Counted from the stretch's first letter, positions 39,155 through 50,512 are shown. The stretch: DNA of 64,000 nt from Methanocalculaceae archaeon (GCA_031262705.1 JAISHD010000019.1:61-64060); one strand, 5' to 3'. Numbers and translations are program-made. The notes: generated by a model not told the origin, from the letters alone.

Positions 39155-41019
39155 CGCCGCGAGCGGCACTGATAGGAAACCCGAGCGTCGGCAAGTCGCT
39201 CATCTTTAATCACCTGACCGGTCTCGGGGTTGAGGTGAGTAACTATCCGGGAACGACCGTCGGAGTGATGCATGGTGTTGTACGGTACGGCGATGCGGAG
39301 TTTTCGCTTGCCGATCTTCCCGGCATCTACTCGCTGTCCGGTGACTCGGTCGAGAAAGAGATGGTGCGCGAGTATCTGCTTGCCGAGGATCTGGATCTGC
39401 TGATTGCGGTGCTTGATGCCAAACATCTCGAACGCAATCTCTACCTTCTTTTGCAGGTTGCCGAGATGAAAAAACCGCTGCTGGTTATTCTCAATATGAT
39501 GGATGAGGCAGAGGCTGCGGGAAAGATCATTGATTCCGCCTCCCTTGCAAAGCAGCTCGGCGTTCCGGTCATTCCTTCAGTTGCAACGAACGGTAAAAAT
39601 CTGGATGATATTGCCCGCTCGGTTCTTGACGGGAATGTGCCGGTTCCAACCCTTGCCATTCCCTACGATCACCACATTGAGGCGGCGGTGCATAGTCTGC
39701 AGAAGTACTACGGACTAAGCCAGCCGGAGGCGCTGTGGGCACTGGCAAGCATTCCGGTGAGTACGATTACGCCGGAGATTCATGAGAATTCCCTGGTGAT
39801 TGCGGAGGAGATTGAGCGCCGGCACATGATGTCGCCGGAGCAGATCATTGCGGCAAACCGGCACAATCTCGCAAAACAGCTTGCGGCATCGGTTACGAGG
39901 ACTGCTCCGCCGCGCCGCAGACGCGATTTTGATGCGCTTCTTACGCGCGGGTTTCCGGGACTGCCGATTCTTGCGATCATTATGGTCTCGATCCTTTTGA
40001 TCGTGTTTACCCTCGGAGGAGTGCTGGAGGAGACGATTGTTTCCCTGATGACGACCTACATCGCCGATCCATTCCATGCGCTGGGTCTAGATCCGTTTGC
40101 CGATACGCTCGGCGGTGCAATTATCCTAGCCCTGATGTCGGGTCTGGGGATTGCGTTTCCGTATGTGTTTCTCTTCTATCTGTTCATCTCGGTTCTTGAG
40201 GATACGGGGTATCTGACGCGGGCCGCATTCCTTGCGGACCGAGGCATGCACAAACTCGGTCTGCACGGTCAGGGTCTGATTCCGATGGTGTTGTCGTTTG
40301 GGTGCAGTGTTCCGGCTATTATGAGTACGCGGCTGCTTCCTACCCGGAGCGAGCGGGTGATCGCGTCGGTGCTGGTGACTATGCTGCCGTGTTCGGCGCG
40401 GACGGTTGTTATTTCAGGAATTGTTGCGTCGTTTATCGGGTTCGGTGCGGCGTTTTCGATTTATGCGATTGTGTTTGTTCTTGTCTTTCTTGTGGGCTGT
40501 ATTCTTTCCCGCATTACGCCGGGCGAGCAGTACGGGATGATTCTTGAGATGGCGGAGCTTCGAAGGCCGATTGCGTCCCATGTTGTCCGTAAGGCATGGA
40601 TGCGGGTGCGTGAGTTCCTCTATATTGCAATGCCGCTGCTTTTGGTGAGCAGTATCTTCCTAGGGCTGTTTGAGTACTACAGTCTTATTGCGATGTTTGA
40701 GGAGTTCATTGATCCGATTTCAACGGCGGTTCTGGGTCTCCCGGGCTTTGCGTTTACTGCGCTGATGTTCGGCATTCTCCGCAAGGAGATGGCGTTTGAG
40801 ACGCTGGCAGTGATGGCGGGAACAACGGATCTTGCGGCGGTTCTTTCTGGCGGTCAGCTCTACATCTTTGCGCTGGTGTGTGCGTTGTTCATTCCCTGCA
40901 TCTCAACCATTGCGGTTCTCATGCGGGAGACGGGGGTCCGGTATGCGGCGATGATTACCGTCTTTACGCTGTGTCTGGGCATCGGACTTGGAACACTGGC
41001 GCATCTGATTCTGCTGTGA
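39151..41019 (+). CDS. feoB: Ferrous iron transporter B
   Basis: [44 protein letters not shown]. Confidence 0.95.
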   Translation: MTPRAALIGNPSVGKSLIFNHLTGLGVEVSNYPGTTVGVMHGVVRYGDAEFSLADLPGIYSLSGDSVEKEMVREYLLAEDLDLLIAVLDAKHLERNLYLLLQVAEMKKPLLVILNMMDEAEAAGKIIDSASLAKQLGVPVIPSVATNGKNLDDIARSVLDGNVPVPTLAIPYDHHIEAAVHSLQKYYGLSQPEALWALASIPVSTITPEIHENSLVIAEEIERRHMMSPEQIIAANRHNLAKQLAASVTRTAPPRRRRDFDALLTRGFPGLPILAIIMVSILLIVFTLGGVLEETIVSLMTTYIADPFHALGLDPFADTLGGAIILALMSGLGIAFPYVFLFYLFISVLEDTGYLTRAAFLADRGMHKLGLHGQGLIPMVLSFGCSVPAIMSTRLLPTRSERVIASVLVTMLPCSARTVVISGIVASFIGFGAAFSIYAIVFVLVFLVGCILSRITPGEQYGMILEMAELRRPIASHVVRKAWMRVREFLYIAMPLLLVSSIFLGLFEYYSLIAMFEEFIDPISTAVLGLPGFAFTALMFGILRKEMAFETLAVMAGTTDLAAVLSGGQLYIFALVCALFIPCISTIAVLMRETGVRYAAMITVFTLCLGIGLGTLAHLILL

Positions 41020-41062
41020 TGAGCAAGAACTCATTACATCCCAAATCCTACAGAATACACAC

Positions 41063-41821
41063 ATGCTGACATTCATCGGACTTGGACTCTGTGACGAATA
41101 CGATGTTTCCGTACGGGGACTGGAGGCAATCCGGAAGGCTGATGCGGTATTCCTTGAGGTGTACACCTCAGTGCTGACCGGTACCACGATTCCGCGGCTT
41201 GAGGAGTACTACGGCAAAAAGATCACACCGCTCTACCGCGAGGATGTGGAGCGGCACCCCGAGTCGATTCTTGATGCGGCGGCAACAGGGAATGCGGTGT
41301 TTTTAACTGCGGGAGACTCGATGGTTGCGACAACGCATGCCGATATCCGCATTCGTGCGGCAGAGCGCGGCATTCCAACCCGCATCATTCACGGTGCATC
41401 GATTACTACCGCGGTCTGCGGGTTGTCCGGCCTGCAGAACTACCGGTTTGGAAAATCGGTCTCCATTCCGTTTCCGTACGGTAAATGGTTCCCGATGACA
41501 CCGATAGAGGTCATCTCCTCAAACCTTGCACAGAATCTGCATACACTGGTGTTTCTTGATATTCAGAAGGACAAGGAACGGTATATGAAGATTGCAGAAG
41601 CAGTTGATCTTCTGGAGGAACAGGCGTCCCGTGCAGGAACAGATATCCCGCTCTATATCGGCATCGCCCGTGCAGGGTCCGACAGTCCGGTGATTCATGC
41701 AGGAAATGCAGAAGAGATGCGGAGGTTTGCGTTTGGCATGCCGCTGCACATCATGATCGTCCCTGGAGAGTTGCATGATATTGAACGCGAGTATCTTGTG
41801 AGATTTGCCGGATTATGCTGA
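41063..41821 (+). CDS. dph5: Diphthine synthase
   Basis: [38 protein letters not shown]. Confidence 0.95.
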   Translation: MLTFIGLGLCDEYDVSVRGLEAIRKADAVFLEVYTSVLTGTTIPRLEEYYGKKITPLYREDVERHPESILDAAATGNAVFLTAGDSMVATTHADIRIRAAERGIPTRIIHGASITTAVCGLSGLQNYRFGKSVSIPFPYGKWFPMTPIEVISSNLAQNLHTLVFLDIQKDKERYMKIAEAVDLLEEQASRAGTDIPLYIGIARAGSDSPVIHAGNAEEMRRFAFGMPLHIMIVPGELHDIEREYLVRFAGLC

Positions 41822-42384
41822 TCGAGTCCTACGGAAAAGAGTTTGCAGCTGATGCAGAAGCGGCAGCACCCGCGGTTTTTGCAAAAACTCCGCTTGGTGA
41901 GACCGCTGCGGAGATTCTGGAGATGATTAGATGCTATGCGGGAGATGGGATGGTGTTCTACGGTCAGGGGGATCTTGTCAACGCGGTTGCATCCTTTGCC
42001 TACGGGTACGGATGGCTGGATGCAGGGATGTTTCTCGGATATCTTTATGGTCGGTGTACCAGAACGGTCCCGGAGATCACCGACCGTATTCCTGATGTTC
42101 TATTGGATCATCTGATTGAGAAAACAAACCGATATCAGCGAATGTTTTCTTCAGCTCTCGAAGATATTGTTGTTCTTCCCGACTCGGAGACGCGAATGTA
42201 TTCTGCCGCGCAACACACCAACACAATTGCAATTTCCACTTTTACAGAAGGAATAAGGTTTTTTACTGCCGGAAATCCTGTTGCTGCCCTTGTATCTTTT
42301 TCCTATGGGTATGGATGGTTAGATTGCGGCGTCCGTGCCGGTCTTTTTGGAATTGTCGGCAACAGGCATTTATTTACCATATGA
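41815..42384 (+). CDS. DUF357 tandem-domain protein
   Basis: Two repeats of F(A/S)YGYGWLD; follows dph5. Confidence 0.85.
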   Translation: MLIESYGKEFAADAEAAAPAVFAKTPLGETAAEILEMIRCYAGDGMVFYGQGDLVNAVASFAYGYGWLDAGMFLGYLYGRCTRTVPEITDRIPDVLLDHLIEKTNRYQRMFSSALEDIVVLPDSETRMYSAAQHTNTIAISTFTEGIRFFTAGNPVAALVSFSYGYGWLDCGVRAGLFGIVGNRHLFTI

Positions 42385-42509
42385 GTTTTTAAAAAATAGC
42401 ACTTACAATCATTTTTTTCTGACTTAGTCTGAATTTATTTTGAGTATCATAGACAACTATTTATGCTGTCGACTTAATGGATCAATTGTATAACAGAGGT
42501 GAAATCAAA

Positions 42510-44009
42510 ATGTCAGACATATACGAGAAAATGGTCGATGAGGCACTGGCTGCCCAGTATGCAGAGGTCAACGTTCTCAAGGCCAAACGTGGTACAAAGT
42601 TTACCCTTTCCGACGCAAAGCCGTATGTTGATGCAGTTGAGCAGATGACCGTTGCAGACGGTCAGAGCGCTACAGTTATCAATCTGCACAAGGCTTCAGT
42701 CAAGAAACACTTTGAGGTTTTGTCAAGTCTCACTGGTTACGTTCGACCAGAGGATGATCCATTCGTGGAACACTATCAGACTCCGGCGATTCTTGAAATT
42801 CTCTGTGCTGAGGACAAGAAGTTTGCAAAGAGTATGGAATCTTTCGCGGATTCGATTAAGAAGAACGAGAACATCGTCGGTCGTGAAGCTGCCCGCTGTT
42901 ATGCAGGGTTCTATGGCCCGTCCTGTGTGGTGGACTTTGCCTTAATGCCGGGTTCCACCAGTAATGTGGTCAATCAGATTCTTCAGAAAACCGATATCCC
43001 GGTGGATCACAAGCAGGCAATTCTTGCCGCGAAGTCATGGGGTATGAACACGTCCTACGGTATCGGCGATCTGTTTGCAAAACGGATTGAGGCGGGCGAC
43101 ACGCTGGCCGAGGCTTCCGATAAGGAGGTAAAGCAGCTGCAGGCATTGTACAAGCATCCGATTGATGCGCAGGTTGAGCTGATGAACAACGCCGGCATGT
43201 CCTCGTTTGATCCGCGGAAGTACATGGACAACTACCGGAAAGGCATGGAGTCTTTTGTGAAGGCTGCAATCGATGACGGTGTTCACTACGGCAACATTGT
43301 AACGATTCCTGCCTACTGTGTGGGTGATGTTTCCCACCATATCTCCCAGTCCACCTACAACATGTGCAAGGATGATGTAGTAATGGCAACGATTGAGGCG
43401 GTGACCGGCGTTATTGCAAAGACACTTCACTCCGCAGTACCGGAGGCGAAGAATGGCTACCAGCTGCTGGACGTTGCCACCGGTTCATCGGCCGCGGCGG
43501 CAGAGTATCTGCTTGAACTGGATGGCTTTAATGCACCGATGATTGTGGATCTTCTGACGAAGCGCTATCACAATCTGGTCATGATCCGTCCGACCCGCGG
43601 TGCTGCGGCGGAGCTGCACAACTGTGATTTCATGGACATGATCTACCGCGGCTGGAAGATTCTTGACAAGGCATCCCGTGCAAAGAACGGTTCGGGCAAA
43701 CCACTTACAGCCCGTTCCGGCGGTGTGGTGATCGATCTGTCGCCGATTCATGAGAATGAGGTTCTGATGAACCCGCAGCGGTATGCCTACCCGGCCTGTG
43801 CGATTACGGTCCGGGCGTCTGCTCTGATGCGGATTGCAGATTATCCGTGTCTATTGACGAGCGAGCCGATTACGGCGACGATGATGACGAACATCATTGC
43901 ACTTGACAAGGAAACACCCGCAGCTCCGGCGCGTGCCTGCAAGAGTTGTGCAACGGCATGTCTGATTGGGTCCCGCCACCAGTACTGCCAGTACCGCGAG
44001 GCTGTGTAA
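42510..44009 (+). CDS. DUF2193 family protein with C-terminal Cys cluster
   Basis: DDPFVEHYQT, VVDFAL, YNMCKDD, C-terminal CKSCATAC...YCQY. Confidence 0.8.
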   Translation: MSDIYEKMVDEALAAQYAEVNVLKAKRGTKFTLSDAKPYVDAVEQMTVADGQSATVINLHKASVKKHFEVLSSLTGYVRPEDDPFVEHYQTPAILEILCAEDKKFAKSMESFADSIKKNENIVGREAARCYAGFYGPSCVVDFALMPGSTSNVVNQILQKTDIPVDHKQAILAAKSWGMNTSYGIGDLFAKRIEAGDTLAEASDKEVKQLQALYKHPIDAQVELMNNAGMSSFDPRKYMDNYRKGMESFVKAAIDDGVHYGNIVTIPAYCVGDVSHHISQSTYNMCKDDVVMATIEAVTGVIAKTLHSAVPEAKNGYQLLDVATGSSAAAAEYLLELDGFNAPMIVDLLTKRYHNLVMIRPTRGAAAELHNCDFMDMIYRGWKILDKASRAKNGSGKPLTARSGGVVIDLSPIHENEVLMNPQRYAYPACAITVRASALMRIADYPCLLTSEPITATMMTNIIALDKETPAAPARACKSCATACLIGSRHQYCQYREAV

Positions 44010-44010
44010 G

Positions 44011-44217
44011 ATGAAGTGCTATGTGTGTGAACAACTGGGCATTGACCGGGAGGCGACCGGCATCTGTATCGTGTGCGGCATGGGACTTTGTACCGAACAC
44101 ATGATCCGTGCCGATGTTTCTGCCTGGGAAGGGGGTTACCCCTTCCCGGCCAAGAAGCTGAAGAAATCGATTCCGCGGATTCTCTGTCCCGAGTGCCACA
44201 ATGCGCTGAACGGGTGA
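44011..44217 (+). CDS. DUF2180 family small Cys-rich protein
   Basis: MKCYVC, GICIVCGMGLCTEH, ILCPEC. Confidence 0.8.
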   Translation: MKCYVCEQLGIDREATGICIVCGMGLCTEHMIRADVSAWEGGYPFPAKKLKKSIPRILCPECHNALNG

Positions 44218-44223
44218 TGCAGA

Positions 44224-44973
44224 ATGGATCTGTTGAAGCGAAGCATTGCCGAACTGGTCGGAACGATGCTTCTGGTTTTTATCGGCTGTGGATCAGTCTG
44301 TGTCCTGCTGATGCTTGCAGCGGGAACTCCGGCAGGTACGCCGTTTGATATTGGCATCGGTACACTTGGCGGTCTTGGCGACTGGCTTGCGGTAGGTGCG
44401 GCGTTCGGTCTTGTGGTGGCGGTGGTTATCTATGCACTTGGCGGGGTTTCCGATGCCCACATTAATCCGGCGGTCAGTATTGCGCTGTGGTCGATTAAGA
44501 AGTTCCCGACGAAGGATACGGTTGCCTATATTATCGCCCAGTGTATTGGTGCGATTATCGGTGCTGCGCTGTTTCTGCTTGTTGCGGGACCTGATGCTCT
44601 TACCATCGGCGGACTCGGCGCAACTGCACCGTTCCCAGGTATTACTATCTGGCAGGCGCTTATTGCAGAAATTATCGGAACGTTTGTTCTGATGCTTGCG
44701 ATCATGGGCGTTGCGGTTGACCGGCATGCAACCCCCGGTTTTGCGGGGCTTGGGATCGGTATGGCAGTTGCCGGTGTCATTGTTGCTATCGGCAATATCT
44801 CCGGCGGTTCGATTAATCCGGCCCGAAGTCTCGGTCCGGATCTGATTGCAGCGATCATGAACGGATCGCCTGCGCTTGTCACGACATATCCGATCTATAT
44901 TGTAGGTCCGATTGTTGGTGCGATTCTTGCGGCATTCTTCTACAAGTATGTTGCAGGAATCGAGGACAACTAA
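44224..44973 (+). CDS. MIP-family channel (archaeal AqpM-like aquaporin)
   Basis: Two NPA motifs (HINPAVS, SINPARS). Confidence 0.92.
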   Translation: MDLLKRSIAELVGTMLLVFIGCGSVCVLLMLAAGTPAGTPFDIGIGTLGGLGDWLAVGAAFGLVVAVVIYALGGVSDAHINPAVSIALWSIKKFPTKDTVAYIIAQCIGAIIGAALFLLVAGPDALTIGGLGATAPFPGITIWQALIAEIIGTFVLMLAIMGVAVDRHATPGFAGLGIGMAVAGVIVAIGNISGGSINPARSLGPDLIAAIMNGSPALVTTYPIYIVGPIVGAILAAFFYKYVAGIEDN

Positions 44974-45055
44974 TTTTTTTTTGCTGTTCCCGCAGTATTG
45001 ATAACCGGTCAGGTTTCATAGTACTAGCAGAAACCCCGGTGGTGATATACGATCC

Positions 45056-45817
45056 ATGAAATGGTACTTTAAGCTCATACTCCCTGCAATATTCATTGTT
45101 GCCTGGGAAATTGCAGCCATTCTGATAAATAATGCCTTTGTTCTGCCGCGGGTGGGGGATGTTCTCACTATTTTTGCGACTCCGTTTGCGGATATGTTCA
45201 GTTTCGGTAGTCTTGCGGAGAACTCGGTTATCAGTATTTACCGGGTGTCACTTGGTTTTATCATTGCATGTATTATTGCGGTGCCGCTTGGTATTCTTCT
45301 TGGCAGGTATCAGGTTTTTGAGGATTTTTCGGATGGTCTGATTCAGATTCTCCGGCCGATTCCACCAATTGCTTGGGTGCCGCTGTCCCTGGCCTGGTTT
45401 GGCATTGGTCTTGCTGCAATTGAGTTCATTATTGTTATCGGTTGTATTTTCCCGATTCTAGTGAACACGATTGATGGTGTGAAACGGGTGAAAAGGAGTT
45501 GGATTGAGACAGCCCGGATTTATCAGGCGAATGAGTGGCAGGTCATGAATAAGGTTATTGTGCCAGCAGCAGGACCTGCTATCTGGAGCGGTCTCCGAGT
45601 GGGTTTTGGTATTGCTTGGATGAGTGTTGTTGCGGCAGAAATGCTGCCCGGGACGCCACAGGGTCTTGGGTATCTGATTATGCAGACATACGGATGGGGA
45701 CAGGTTCAGGCAGTGATTGCCGGTATGATCGCGATTGGTATCATTGGTATTGTGATGGATCAGTTCTTCCAGTTTGTGCAGAAGCGCAAGTTCGGATGGG
45801 AGGCACTTGACAAATGA
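45056..45817 (+). CDS. ABC transporter permease (SsuC/TauC/NrtB type)
   Basis: LRPIPPIAWVP, WMSVVAAEM, GLGYLI. Confidence 0.9.
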   Translation: MKWYFKLILPAIFIVAWEIAAILINNAFVLPRVGDVLTIFATPFADMFSFGSLAENSVISIYRVSLGFIIACIIAVPLGILLGRYQVFEDFSDGLIQILRPIPPIAWVPLSLAWFGIGLAAIEFIIVIGCIFPILVNTIDGVKRVKRSWIETARIYQANEWQVMNKVIVPAAGPAIWSGLRVGFGIAWMSVVAAEMLPGTPQGLGYLIMQTYGWGQVQAVIAGMIAIGIIGIVMDQFFQFVQKRKFGWEALDK

Positions 45818-46596
45818 CGGATAACGATAAGATCTGGGTCCGGGTTGAGCATTCAACAAAGAAGTTTGCAACACGCAAAGGAGAGGTTATCGCTCTGGAG
45901 GATGTGAATCTTGAGATCCACGATGGTCAGTTTGTGTGCCTTCTCGGACCGTCAGGCTGCGGGAAGACGACACTTCTCCGGATGATCGGCGGTCTTGATG
46001 TGCCAACGTCAGGAACGATTACGATTGACGGGAAGGTGGTTGACGGACCATCGCCGAAGATGACGATGGTGTTTCAGGAGTATTCACTGTATCCGTGGCG
46101 GACGGTTGCGGAGAATGTAGGATTCGGTCTTGAGATGAATGGTGTTCCTCCGGAGGAACGGCTGGCTGAGGTGATGAAGGAGCTGAAGCTTGTGGGTCTT
46201 GAGAATTTTGCGGACAGTTATCCGTATGAGCTGTCGGGAGGCATGCGGCAACGGGCAGCTGTTGCGCGCGCTCTTGCAACGGATCCTGCGATCATGCTGA
46301 TGGATGAGCCATTCGGCGCTCTTGATGCACAGACACGGAACAAGATGCAGCGCGAGCTGTTAAACATCTGGCAGGAGACGAAGAAGACGATTCTGTTTGT
46401 GACGCACAGTGTTGATGAGGCTGTGTATCTTGCAGATAAAATCGTGGTTCTGACGCCCCGTCCGGGAACTGTTCACGAAATTGACGAGATTGATCTGCCC
46501 AGACCAAGGGATCGGACGAGTGTTGAGTTTGCGCAGATTCGGAAAAATATTCTGCATATTATTGAGGAGCTGGAAACCGGCAATCAGAACATTTAA
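45814..46596 (+). CDS. ABC transporter ATP-binding protein (SsuB/TauB/NrtD type)
   Basis: GPSGCGKTT, LSGGMRQR, DEPFGALD, VTH. Confidence 0.93.
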   Translation: MTDNDKIWVRVEHSTKKFATRKGEVIALEDVNLEIHDGQFVCLLGPSGCGKTTLLRMIGGLDVPTSGTITIDGKVVDGPSPKMTMVFQEYSLYPWRTVAENVGFGLEMNGVPPEERLAEVMKELKLVGLENFADSYPYELSGGMRQRAAVARALATDPAIMLMDEPFGALDAQTRNKMQRELLNIWQETKKTILFVTHSVDEAVYLADKIVVLTPRPGTVHEIDEIDLPRPRDRTSVEFAQIRKNILHIIEELETGNQNI

Positions 46597-46650
46597 TATC
46601 GTTTCCACCAAACCTGATTAGCACATTTAGAGAGCGAGGAGTTATTCAAA

Positions 46651-47151
46651 ATGGTCAGAAAACCAGCACGAATGTACCGCGACCTTGCTAAGAAGGCATA
46701 CTGCCGCCGTGAATACATGGGTGGTGTGCCGGGCATCAAGGTCGTACAGTTTGATATGGGTAATCTTTCAGCCGATTTTCCGGTTGCGATTCACCTTGAA
46801 GTTCTTGAGGCATGCCAGATCCGCCACACGGCAATGGAAGCGGCACGTGTCAACATGAACCGTCGCCTGATGAAGGATGTCGGAAGAAACAATTTCCATC
46901 TGAAGATCCGAGCATATCCGCACCATGTTCTCCGCGAGCACAAGCAGGCAACAGGTGCCGGTGCAGACCGTGTTTCGGAGGGTATGCGCCTTGCATTCGG
47001 CAAGGCAGTGGGTACTGCTGCACGTGTAGCGCCGAGACAGCGTCTTTTCACTGTCTGGACATCCGAGCAGTACATTAATCAGGCAAAGGATGCTCTCCAG
47101 CACAGCGGATACAAGCTTCCTACGCCAACGCGTGTTGTTGTTGAGAGCTAA
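46651..47151 (+). CDS. rpl10e: 50S ribosomal protein L10e (uL16)
   Basis: [40 protein letters not shown]. Confidence 0.96.
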   Translation: MVRKPARMYRDLAKKAYCRREYMGGVPGIKVVQFDMGNLSADFPVAIHLEVLEACQIRHTAMEAARVNMNRRLMKDVGRNNFHLKIRAYPHHVLREHKQATGAGADRVSEGMRLAFGKAVGTAARVAPRQRLFTVWTSEQYINQAKDALQHSGYKLPTPTRVVVES

Positions 47152-47434
47152 GCCATTTCCGGCTCTCAACCAATACTATATTTTTCCTTTTGCTGTTTTT
47201 GCCTGTGATATTGATGGTTTTTGTGATGTATCTTTGGTTTTGTTCAAGGTAACCATAAACATATGCCTTTGAACGTCATTTCGGCCTGTTTACGGTTTTA
47301 CACACCGTTTTGTCGTGTTTACTACTTTGCGGCTTCATGGGAACACAGAAAAATATCACAGCCCTTTTTTCTGGGAGTACAGAAATCTTCCCCAAGCGAC
47401 AGTCTTAATCTGTTTCTCCTGCAATATTCTTTTC

Positions 47435-48259
47435 ATGGATCCTCTGCTGTTTGAACGTCTGGCGCAGGCTGTGGAAGAGGCAGTGCGTGAGGCGGAGATT
47501 GTTCTTCCGCCTGATGTGGAGACGGCTCTCCGGCGTGCTACAGACCGTGAGACGAATCCAGTTGCACGCGGGGAGTTTGCGAATATTCTGGATAATCTTT
47601 TGAAAGCGAGAGATCTGCGTGTTCCGATCTGTCAGGATACGGGTATTCCTGTAGTGTATCTGACGGTGCCGCCGACGGTTCCGGTGACTGCTGAGTTGTA
47701 TGATGCGGTTGCGGCAGGTATCCGACGGGCGACGCGATCGGTGCCGCTCCGGCCAAACGGGGTTGATCCGATTTCACGGGAGAATTCTGGAGATAATACG
47801 GGTGCAGGTCTTCCTCCGGTGCATGTTGTGCCGGGGAATGTGCTCCGTGTGATGGTACTGCCGAAAGGTGCAGGATCGGAGAATATGTCACAGATTCGGA
47901 TGATGATGCCGTCGCAGGTTTCAGATATTCCGCGGTTTGTGGTGGATGTAGTGATGACGGCAGGTGCCCGGCCGTGCCCGCCGGTTGTGGTGGGTGTTGG
48001 TATCGGAGGGACGTTTGATGGGGCTGCGGCGCTTGCGAAGGAGGCGCTGCTGGAGCGGATTGATTCGATGGATGCGTATGAGCAGGAGATCTGCGATGCG
48101 ATTAATGCACTCGGAATAGGGCCGATGGGGCTTGGCGGAGATACAACGGCGCTTGCAGTGAAAGTGAAGCGCGGGTTCTGTCACACGGCGTCACTACCGG
48201 TTGCGGTGAATATTCAGTGCTGGTGCTGTAGGCGTGGTGTGCGGGAGGTGGTACTATGA
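47435..48259 (+). CDS. Class I fumarate hydratase / tartrate dehydratase alpha subunit
   Basis: PICQDTG, PKGAGSEN, PCPP, GIGPMGLGG, CHTASLPVAVNIQCW. Confidence 0.92.
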   Translation: MDPLLFERLAQAVEEAVREAEIVLPPDVETALRRATDRETNPVARGEFANILDNLLKARDLRVPICQDTGIPVVYLTVPPTVPVTAELYDAVAAGIRRATRSVPLRPNGVDPISRENSGDNTGAGLPPVHVVPGNVLRVMVLPKGAGSENMSQIRMMMPSQVSDIPRFVVDVVMTAGARPCPPVVVGVGIGGTFDGAAALAKEALLERIDSMDAYEQEICDAINALGIGPMGLGGDTTALAVKVKRGFCHTASLPVAVNIQCWCCRRGVREVVL

Positions 48260-48801
48260 TCCGTCTGAGTACACCGCTGGGTGCGGAGGTCCTGGATCTG
48301 CGGGCAGGAGACCGTGTGCTTTTGTCCGGAACGATTTATACGGCACGAGATGAGGCACATCTGAAGATTCTGGAGGATGGTTTTCCGTTTGATCCAGCTG
48401 GTGCGGTACTGTACCACTGCGGGCCGGTGGTGGATACGGAGCGGAATGTGATTGTTGCGGCAGGCCCTACAACGTCTGCGCGGATGAATGGTCTGACTGC
48501 ACCGATGATCGATGCGGGTGTGCGGTCGCTGATTGGGAAGGGAGGGATGTCTGCCGAGGTACGGGAGGCGCTGTCGGGCCGGGCGGTGTATTTTGTGTTT
48601 ACCGGCGGGTGTGCAGCGCTTGCGGCTTCGTGTATGGAGCTTGTCGATTGTCATTATCCGGAGCTGGGGATGGCCGAGGCGGTGTGGGAGATTCGTGTGC
48701 GGGATATGCCGCTGGTGGTAGGGATTGACGCGCACGGGAGAGATCTGTTTGAGGATGTGGCACGGAGTGTGCGCGAGCGATACGATCAGCTGCGATTGTG
48801 A
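48256..48801 (+). CDS. Class I fumarate hydratase / tartrate dehydratase beta subunit
   Basis: TARDEAH, HCGP, GPTTSARM, GKGGM, LGMAEAV. Confidence 0.92.
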   Translation: MIRLSTPLGAEVLDLRAGDRVLLSGTIYTARDEAHLKILEDGFPFDPAGAVLYHCGPVVDTERNVIVAAGPTTSARMNGLTAPMIDAGVRSLIGKGGMSAEVREALSGRAVYFVFTGGCAALAASCMELVDCHYPELGMAEAVWEIRVRDMPLVVGIDAHGRDLFEDVARSVRERYDQLRL

Positions 48802-49299
48802 GTGTGTGGTGTTGTATTTAAATAGGAGGGAGGAGATGTAGTGGTCGGCTAATTCGAGGTAGTGGTACCATCATTTCATGGTACCTCCTCGGGGGATGAT
48901 TCTGGAGATCATGGTTTTTTCCTCTTTTGTGTGGTGGTTATCGTTGTTTGGGTGTATCCGGCTTGTGATGGGATGAGGAAAGAAGAACGTAAATAGCTCA
49001 GATGCGCCTAACAGCGATGTTATCGCAAGTACGACGGTAAATGCTCGCGAAGCTTGTGTACTGGTCGATTCTGTGAAATTCCTCCGGAGCCTGGGCGGAT
49101 GTAGCCACATATGAGAATCAAAGCGGGGCATCTCACACTAATGCAGAGGTGTCCGGTTGTTACCAGTGAACATCCCTTTTTTGAACATCTCGAACAAATC
49201 CACTTGCCGTAATATCCACCCTTCAAACAGCCATTTTGTCACCACCTCCATTCTTAATAATCAACAAAACCACCACCTACGTAAAAACAGGTGTACTCC

Positions 49300-50463
49300 A
49301 TGAAACTGAAACCGGCAATACCTCTTCTCCTCCTCGCGGTACCCGCAGCCGGAGTTACTACATGGGCCAGGAAATCAAACTCACCGGCACCAACACCGAC
49401 TCCGACACCACCTATCTTTTCCTCACCGGCACCAACCTTAATGCCGGCGGCGTCAGCCTCGACAGAACCGGCACATTTTCACAAACCCCAGTCCGGAGCG
49501 ACAACACCTAGACCTAGGACACCGGCAGCAGCGGACTTGACGTAGGAACCTACACCATCTACGCCGTAGGATCAAAAAGCGACAGATTCCAGCTATCCGG
49601 TGCACAATATGCAACACTCTCCATCCAGCTCCGCCAGCATGATCGCAGCAAAAGGCGACTACATCCACATCGCCGGAACCGCATCCGGCACCCCCGCAGG
49701 AGTAGCCGTCTTCATCTTCGGCACCAACTACTACGAACGCAAACAACCCCCGTTGACAACGGCAGATACGACTACAAAATGTACCTCCCCGAAAGCATGT
49801 CCTCAGGCCAGTACTACATCATCATAGAACACCCCATGTACGACGGAAAATTCAGCGTCATCCAGATCACCAGCGGTGACCAGATCATCCTTGCCATCCC
49901 CTCCGCAAACGGCGGCACGCAAAGTTCCTTCGTCATCGAAGGCCCGAACCGGCTTCAGAGATCCTAGGCGGCAAACGCCCTGATCCAGATGCTTGACTCC
50001 TCCTACATCGACGACCTCTACACCACCATGAAACTCACCGTCCAGGACCCCTACATCACCATTGACCCGGTCGGTGACTAGGAAACCGGCACCCCCCTTC
50101 ACCATCTCCGGAACCACCAACCTTGCGCCGAACAACCAGCTGCTCATCGAAATCACCCCCGCCTCCTTCGTCCCCGGCACCGTAACCGTCATTGCAGGAA
50201 ACCCCAACACCTGGTCCCACCCGGTCAGTGGACACAGCCTTCCCATCGACCCCTACACCATCCGTGTATCAGGAATCGCCGTATACACCGCTACCCCCTC
50301 CTCCTTCAGCATCATCGCATCCTCCCCGGTCCAGCCCGACAAACCCCGTACCGACTGCCACAATTCCCGTGCCAACCTCGTCACCAACCGAACCCCAGCC
50401 GACCCCGCACTTATCCTCGCCGCAACAGCCGCAGGTGCATATACCATGCTCCAAAAGCACTAA
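49300..50463 (+). pseudogene. S-layer/surface glycoprotein-like gene, heavily degraded (four in-frame TAG stops plus frameshifts)
   Basis: Signal peptide, YYMGQEIKLTGTNTDSDTTYLFLTG, GQYYIIIEHPM, AANALIQMLDSSYIDD, FTISGTTNLA; TAG at 49509, 49515, 49965, 50079. Confidence 0.75.
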
Positions 50464-50512
50464 CCATTTTTTTTAAACACTTTTTTCTATCCCTGCATCA
50501 TATAGATAAGAT

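Noticed and set aside
48871-49226. Short minus-strand ORFs in the skew-switch gap
   Set aside because: No recognisable motifs or RBS; probably decayed or non-coding sequence.
48800-49300. Canonical Cdc6/Orc1 replication origin at the skew switch
   Set aside because: No cdc6/orc1 gene, no recognisable ORB repeats and no long AT-rich unwinding element; a non-canonical origin cannot be excluded.
34940-50081. Amber recoding (pyrrolysine or TAG reassignment)
   Set aside because: TAG ends several normal genes (1366, 11883, 13748, 31983, 32909), the in-frame TAGs appear to replace both Trp and Gln, they co-occur with frameshifts, and no pyl genes are in the window.
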